A DNA stretch of 64,000 nt, from the NCBI GenBank assembly GCA_977017645.1, contig OZ360222.1, positions 61,256,001-61,320,000 of the forward strand, read 5' to 3'. Source of the stretch: Torpedo marmorata (lineage: Eukaryota). The notes beneath the pieces were generated by a model. That model worked only from the letters and a program-made list of their open reading frames with translations, searched no databases and was not told the DNA's origin. Below, piece after piece: positions 57,998 to 64,000 of the stretch; the first letter of the stretch is position 1; every line of letters starts with the position of its first letter. The position numbers and the translations under genes were made by a program.

Positions 57998-59800
57998 GAA
58001 ATCATAGAATAGTTACAGTACTGAAGGAGACACTGCTCTATGTAAGAGTGATGCAGATAGTTACATTTCTGCCCCTATCCCCACAGGCCTGCAAATTCTT
58101 TTTTTTCTGATATTTATCCAGCGTTCTTTCCAATGCTACCATTGAATCTCTCTTCATCCCTACCTTGCCAGTGCATTCCAGACTCCAGCCACTAGCTATA
58201 TAAAAAATAAGTTTCCTCATGATGATTTTGGCTTATTTGGCAACCTTCTTCATTCTATTCCCCTAGTTCTTAACTACTGGGAGCAGTTTCTCTCAATCTA
58301 CTCTGTTTCTACCATTCATGATTTTAGATACCTTAATTAAATTTCCTCACAATCTTTTCTATTCCTTGGAGAACATGTTAAAGTTAACTTGAGGTTAAAA
58401 AATGTTTGCAGCTGTATTTGTGTTTGTTTATCAAGCAACGTCAGGGCCACTTTAACATTTGGCATAGTCAGCAGGATCTCAAGACAGGAATCACTGATCA
58501 AGTTCGGGCTGAATAAGTGGCCGGGCCGGCAACAGAGAAACAGAGGGAGATAGGGCCCGCAAGGTAAATTTACCTTGACCTCCCTCCATCGATCCCCTGG
58601 TGGCACGGTCCCTTGCCCGAGGTTGGTTGATCAACCGGATTGCCTTGGCGGGATCCAAAAATGGACCTGCAGGAAGGAATACAAATTGCACGAGGTTAGT
58701 GTATTTTAATTGAGCAGAGAGTTCAGGATACTCAGTCAATTGAATGGAACTCAGTCTATTGGGAATAATTGGCCAGTGAGTCTTGGAACTCAGTCTATTG
58801 AGAAGTGGGAATAATTGGGCAGTGTGTCCAGGTGAACTCAGTCTATTGATGGAAGTGGGAATTGGCCAGCGAGTCTGGGGACAGTCTATTGGGAAGTGTG
58901 GAAATGGTAAAGTGGACCTGAGGTTGCTTGATAAACAAACACGAATACAAAAGTTTTTAAAATTCACTTTGCAAAGCGTGAGAACTCTATTACAGCAAGA
59001 AGCACTGCCACAAGCAGCTAGTATCACCCCAAGAGTGTCTGGCTCATGGCTCACAGGTTGCATATTTATACAGACAAGCTTCCAGTTTTGCAGAATATTC
59101 AAATAAACATTTACCATATAAGTACGTTTATTAGAATTCTCTTGGGATTTGTAAACCATGGTCGTGTCCCTTGCCCAATGGTTAATAGTCTTTTACTGTC
59201 TTTGCCAAATAAGGAGTTCATAATCAGCCTTAGGGTTCATAATCAGCATTACCCTTGCTGAAGTATAAACAAGAGAATGGAATGTAGTTAGTCTCTCTTT
59301 CTCCCAGTCGACATTTTGAAATTCACATTCTCAAACATCCCCAACTTCTCAGGACTATCAATAAAACTGAAGTCCCCTATCCCTTGAATCATTTTGGTAA
59401 ATCTCATCTCACCCTATCCAAGGCCTTCATATTTTTCCTAAGATAGTCATAATACTCCATTTGTGTTGGAACCAACATTTTATAAATGGTCGTCTTGGTA
59501 ATCATGGTCATCATTGCTCCCTTTTGGGATTTATGCCTCTGTCTAAAAAGTTCAGAACCCCTTACACATTTCTTTAGCCATTTTCCTAATCACCTCTGCC
59601 ACTTTCAATGGCAGAGTTGGTAAAGAAAATGGTTAAAAATGTGAACAAAACGTTCCAACCTAGCTGCTCTTGTCACTTTTAGAATTCTTCCTCTTATATA
59701 CAGCTTCTTCTCATTCTTCTTACCAAATGAAATACTTCTCATCATTAAATGTCATATGCCACATATAAGCTCAATCCACGGTCTGTTTTCATCTCCTTAA
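57998..59800 (-). mobile_element. Degraded CR1-type LINE 3' region, split by an LTR
   Basis: TAGAAATCATAGAA tail. The sequence GGAGAACA|TCCCCAAC is continuous across the LTR insertion. Confidence 0.7.
58376..59333 (-). mobile_element. Solo LTR (958 bp; ERV1- or Gypsy-like) with a 4-bp TSD
   Basis: TG...CA termini (minus strand TGAGAA...TTAACA). AACA at 58372-58375 and 59334-59337. TATAAA on the minus strand near 59066. Confidence 0.8.
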
Positions 59801-59807
59801 CTACAAA

Positions 59808-60535
59808 GTTCAATGTTCAAATTTATTGTCAGAGTACAGTACATGCATGATATCACATACAACCATGAGATTCTTTTTCCTGCGGGCCAGAATTTCTACT
59901 TATCAGTGGCTGTAAATTGTACTCAAGAAGAATGATATGTATACAAGAGAGAAATGTAAACAAAGAAAGAAACGTAAACAAACTGACTATGCAAATACAG
60001 AAAAAATATATATTCAGTGATAAATAATGAGCAAAGTAAGTGTCCTTAAATGAGTCTCTGATTGAGTCTGTTGCTTAGGAGTTAGATGGTTGAGGGGTAA
60101 CAACTTTTTCTGAACCTGGAAGTACGAGTCCTGTGGCACCTATACCTCTTTGCTGATGGCAGCAGTGAAAACAGTACATGTCCTGGGAGGTGTGGATCCT
60201 TGATGATTGCTGCTGCTCTCCGACAGCAGCATTCCATGTAGATGTTCTCAATGCTGGGGAGAGTTTTGCTTGTGATGTACTGGGCTGTGTCCACTACCTT
60301 TTGCAGGGCTTTCTGCTCAGAGGTATTAGTGCCCCCACACCAGGCCTTGATGAAACCAGTCAGCACACTTTCCACTACACATCTGTGGAAGTTTGCCAAG
60401 GTTTTCATTGACACACCGAACCTCCGCAACTCCTGAAGAAATAGAGGCGCTGACATACTTTCTTCACAATGACATTAGCATGATGGGTCCAAGAAAGGTC
60501 CTATGAGATAGTGACTCCCAAGAATTTAAATGTGC
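59808..60535 (-). mobile_element. Rex1/Babar-type LINE 3' end
   Basis: ORF 60082-60456 (LRRFG..L.NF.RC.VES.LT..WCG..IIKDPH.PGH.LFSLLPS.KRYR) and an AATAAATTTGAACATTGAAC tail. Confidence 0.87.
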
Positions 60536-60599
60536 TCATCCTTCAGATCTTCAGAACTAAGAAAGTGAGTCAAAAAGCTCTCAGGAGTGACACTGAACT

Positions 60600-61085
60600 T
60601 GCTGTTCCACTTCAGTTTTCCACTCTGACCTTTCGGCTTCCTGCTCTGTTATGATCATGCCCAACCCAAACTTGAGAAATAATGCTTCATTTTCCATTGT
60701 GGCACGCCAATATTGAATTCTTCAACTTCTTTTATGTCTGTCTCAGAACTGACATTTTCTGCCTACCGTTATTTTTGCTTGTTTTTTCTTAATTGATTCA
60801 CATAGACTGCCTGCCTGGCATGCACTACAGTCTCACTGTTAACAACACACAGAAGCGTGATGCACTTATTACTGCCCTCAGTCATCTATTTGGACTCACT
60901 CTGTCAGGATAATCTGTTTCTGCTACCCATCTCCATTCCACCTTTTCCATTAATGTAAATTAACTTATTATTCCCTCTTTTTGACAAAGGGACCCAGACA
61001 TTAACTCTTTCTCTTTCCATGGATGCTTCCTGACATGCTCAGTATTTCCAGCATTTTCAAGTTATTATTTCAGATTTCCAACATC
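60600..61085 (+). mobile_element. Old, degraded PLE 3' end
   Basis: Decayed GIY-YIG end (..ATTGAATTCTTCAAC) and terminal GATGCTTCCTGACATGCTCAGTATTTCCAGCATTTT. Confidence 0.5.
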
Positions 61086-61119
61086 TCCAGTTTATTGGCT
61101 TGTATTTATCTCTTTGGAG

Positions 61120-61500
61120 TCAATTATTATTTTCTTTACTGTTCATTATGCCTTCATTTGTACCCACCTTCAAATCACTAATATATATTAAGAAAAGCAT
61201 CGATTCAGGTACTGACTGCTGAGGATGTCTCCCTTGTACACTTCCTTCCAATCTATAAACAATGTTTCCCTCCTCCTCTTCTGTTTCCTGTTGTTTAGCA
61301 CATTTTCTATCCATTCTGCATCAGTTCCTTTTATTTCATGGCCTTCACCCTTAATGACAAGCTGATTATGCGGCACTTTATCTGGTGCCTTTTGGAAGAC
61401 CACATATACCACATCAACTACATTTCCCTAAATGGCCCTTTCTGTTACTTCATCAAAAAAACTCCATCAAATTAGTCTTGTCATAATGTTTCTTATCCAT
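61120..61500 (-). mobile_element. CR1-type RT fragment
   Basis: VDVVYVVFQKAPDKVPH..L and WIENVL.NRKQ. Confidence 0.75.
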
Positions 61501-62987
61501 GTGACTGCTTATTCTTCCCTGATTATTGTTTCTAGATTTTTTTTTCACCACCAACGTTGAGTTCAGCGTTTCAGTTTATTGTTTTGTATACCAAGATACG
61601 GTGAAGATGTTGGTTTTACATGCTACCCAGATATTGCAAAAAGTTGTCATGCTCCAGTGCCATTTTGGATTTAAAATTCACAATAACTACAGTAAAAGCA
61701 AATTAACAAGGTTAATCGTGACAACGATCGGACTGGGTTTCATCAGATTCATTCACAACAGCTTCCTGCCATCTCAGGAGCTATTCAGTCATGCAATTGC
61801 TGGTCTATAGATGCTGGATTTACCATCACACATTTTCTGAGGAGCAATGTAACATTTATGTTTTTCTGGTTCTCACCCCTGATTTTGCAGATGCCGAGAC
61901 GATTATGACCAGGGTCTCTGCAATTTCCTCCCCCTTCTCAACAAAATTGGATGTAACTCGTGTAATTTATCCACTTCAAACACAGCTTGTCTTTCTGCCA
62001 ATTCCTGTTTATCATCTTTTAGCCCACCTTGTATCTCAATTATATCTTCCTTCACTGAGACTCCAGCAGCTTCTTCATTCTTGGAGACACTTTATGTAAT
62101 CATTTAGTTCCTCAACCATTCCAATTGTCTTCGAATACATTTCTATTTTGGTCACTTCTGCACTTAAACTCCATTTATTGTTTGCTTTCCTGTAGAAAAT
62201 GTGAATATGAGTGTGTAAATAAGGTCAGTGAATGAGCTTGGAGTGACAACGTGTGACATTGTGTGAATGAGCTAAGAAAACCATGTATTCATAAGCTTGG
62301 TGTAACTGTGAATGAATCCAATGCTAATGGATTGTATGCGTCAGCTTAGAGTTACATTGTGTATCAGTGAGCTCACTGCAACAGGGTGTGCAAATGTGTT
62401 CTTTACGATAGTGTGTAAGTGAGCTCAGTGTGTCTGTGAATGCATAAGTAAGCAGTGTGATTGCAAATGTGTAATTGAGCTGAGTATGACTGGTATTGTG
62501 TGGATGTGCATGATGTGACAAGGTGTATGCATGAGCTCTGTGTGGACTTTATTTGGAAAATGAGTTTGGTGTAAATTAGCTTAGTCTAAGAGCAAATATG
62601 TAACTGAAATAGCATGACAGGGGAGGTTGAGAATGTTCATGGTGTGACAGTGAGTGCGCAAAGCAAGCTTAGTGTAACTGCGAGAGTCTGGATGAATTCA
62701 GTCAATCATTTATTCAGTCTATCTATGCATTTATTACATCAGTGAATCAGTGTATGTAAATAGGCCCAGTGTGATAGTGAGTCTGTCAATGAGTTTAGTC
62801 TCATAAATTGTGTGTAGAAGACTGTGCATGAGCTCAACATGGCATTAGCAATGTAAATAAGTGCAGAGTGATCAGGACTATGTGAGTTGTGTGTGATTAT
62901 GTCTGAATGCAGTCAGTGTAACAATTGTTGCATGGGTGAATAGATTGTATGTCAGTTAATAAATGTGAATGGATATTGTGAACGCAG

Positions 62988-63248
62988 TAGTAGTCTACTG
63001 CATTTAGTGCTCTCAGTGTGGCCTTCTCTCCAGTGAGGCCAAATGCACATTGAGCAACTGCTTTGCTGAGCACCTGTGCTCTGTTCACCAGTGCTGGTCA
63101 GAACCCCTGGTTGCCAGCTGTTTTACTTCCTCTCACCATTCCCACTCAAACCAGTCATTCCTAAACCTCTTCTACTGCCAGGGTGAGGCCAGATACAAAC
63201 CTGAAGAACAGCATAGCATATTCTACTTGAGCCTAAAACCCAATGGCA
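62988..63248 (+). mobile_element. PLE GIY-YIG endonuclease fragment
   Basis: VYCI*CSQCGLL..CFAEHL.SV..PLVA..F..HSHS..EEQH.IF.L..KPNG. Confidence 0.8.
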
Positions 63249-64000
63249 TAAGAACATAAGAAGTAGGATCAGGAGTAGGCCATCAATTTGATGGTGAGTA
63301 CACATATAGGTTTAGCAGTGGAATTCAATTTGTTTGTGAATGTGCAAGGGAATATCAGTAAGTATGATTGAACTCAGTGTGACTGCAAGAATGAATTAAG
63401 TCAGTGAAAAGGTGTAAACAATTTGAATGTAGATTGAATAATGCAAGTGCATGGATGGGTTCGGTGGAATGATAAATGTATGAAAGAGTGAATGTCCTCA
63501 GTATGATTGTAAACATTTAAATGAGTTCAATGTGACAGTGAGTGTATAAATCAAATCAGCTTAATTTTGACTGTGCCAATGAGCTTAGTTGCCTGTGTAT
63601 GCAATAGAAATTTTTGATGGGAATCATTCAGTGAGCTTAGTGTGACAATGTGAATGTGCATGATTTCAATGTGACAGTGAATCCATAAATTATCTCAGTG
63701 TGGTAGTATATGTGTGGGTGAAGGAATTATGTGTAAATAAGATCAGTTTTCCTATGAAAGTTAAACGAGGTCAGCATGATTGTGAGCATGCAAATTATTT
63801 CAGTGGAGTAGTGAGTGCTTAAATGAGCTCTGTGATGTAATGGGGTGAAAATGAGCTGGTTCTGACTGTGTAAGTGACTTCTGATCAAGTGTTCAGATGA
63901 GCTCAATGTGAATATAACATTAAAAAACAGAAACATTCAGTCCCTTCCTTGTATCAGCTCTGCCATTCAATATGACCATGACTGACCTTTCACTTCAGGG

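Larger units (their letters stand above)
53996..63930. repeat. Degenerate ~28-30-bp tandem repeat (approx. GTGTAAATGAGCTCAGTGTGACTGTGA) in blocks at about 54.0-55.86, 57.43-57.99 and 62.2-63.93 kb
   Basis: Recurrent AATGAGCTCAGTGTGAC-like units, for example near 54735, 54900, 57490, 62420 and 63520. Confidence 0.7.

Noticed and set aside
58745-58900. Repeat-spacer-like pattern resembling a CRISPR array
   Set aside because: The intervening parts are related to each other, the context is a eukaryotic LTR, and there are no cas genes.
58491-59159. 222-aa ORF
   Set aside because: It lies inside a solo LTR across tandem repeats and has no recognisable domain.

Overview
Vertebrate genomic DNA; the repeat types suggest a cartilaginous fish (inference). 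The only host protein-coding gene I can support is a two-exon Six3 homeobox gene (+ strand, 42316-42998 and 44650-44842, 291 aa). It has a recognisable proximal promoter and 3' UTR and sits in a largely transposon-poor, CpG-retaining domain (about 18-53 kb) with several candidate conserved enhancers. The flanks are dense, nested transposon fields. At 1-8 kb an L1 contains a Gmr1-like (SCAN-gag) Gypsy element, which itself contains a second L1. At 13-16 kb a CR1 tail contains a composite hAT MITE, which contains a Neptune-type Penelope-like element (PLE), which contains a GC-rich non-coding retroposon. At 54-64 kb a degenerate ~29-bp satellite is invaded by Rex1/CR1 LINEs and two solo LTRs. The most notable signal is a PLE family carrying a minimal, dimer-type hammerhead ribozyme motif with a non-canonical UUGAUGA core. 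This family has also left short fold-back insertions with their own target-site duplications upstream of Six3. There is a 164-N assembly gap at 21001-21164. All family assignments are by eye, without database searches.
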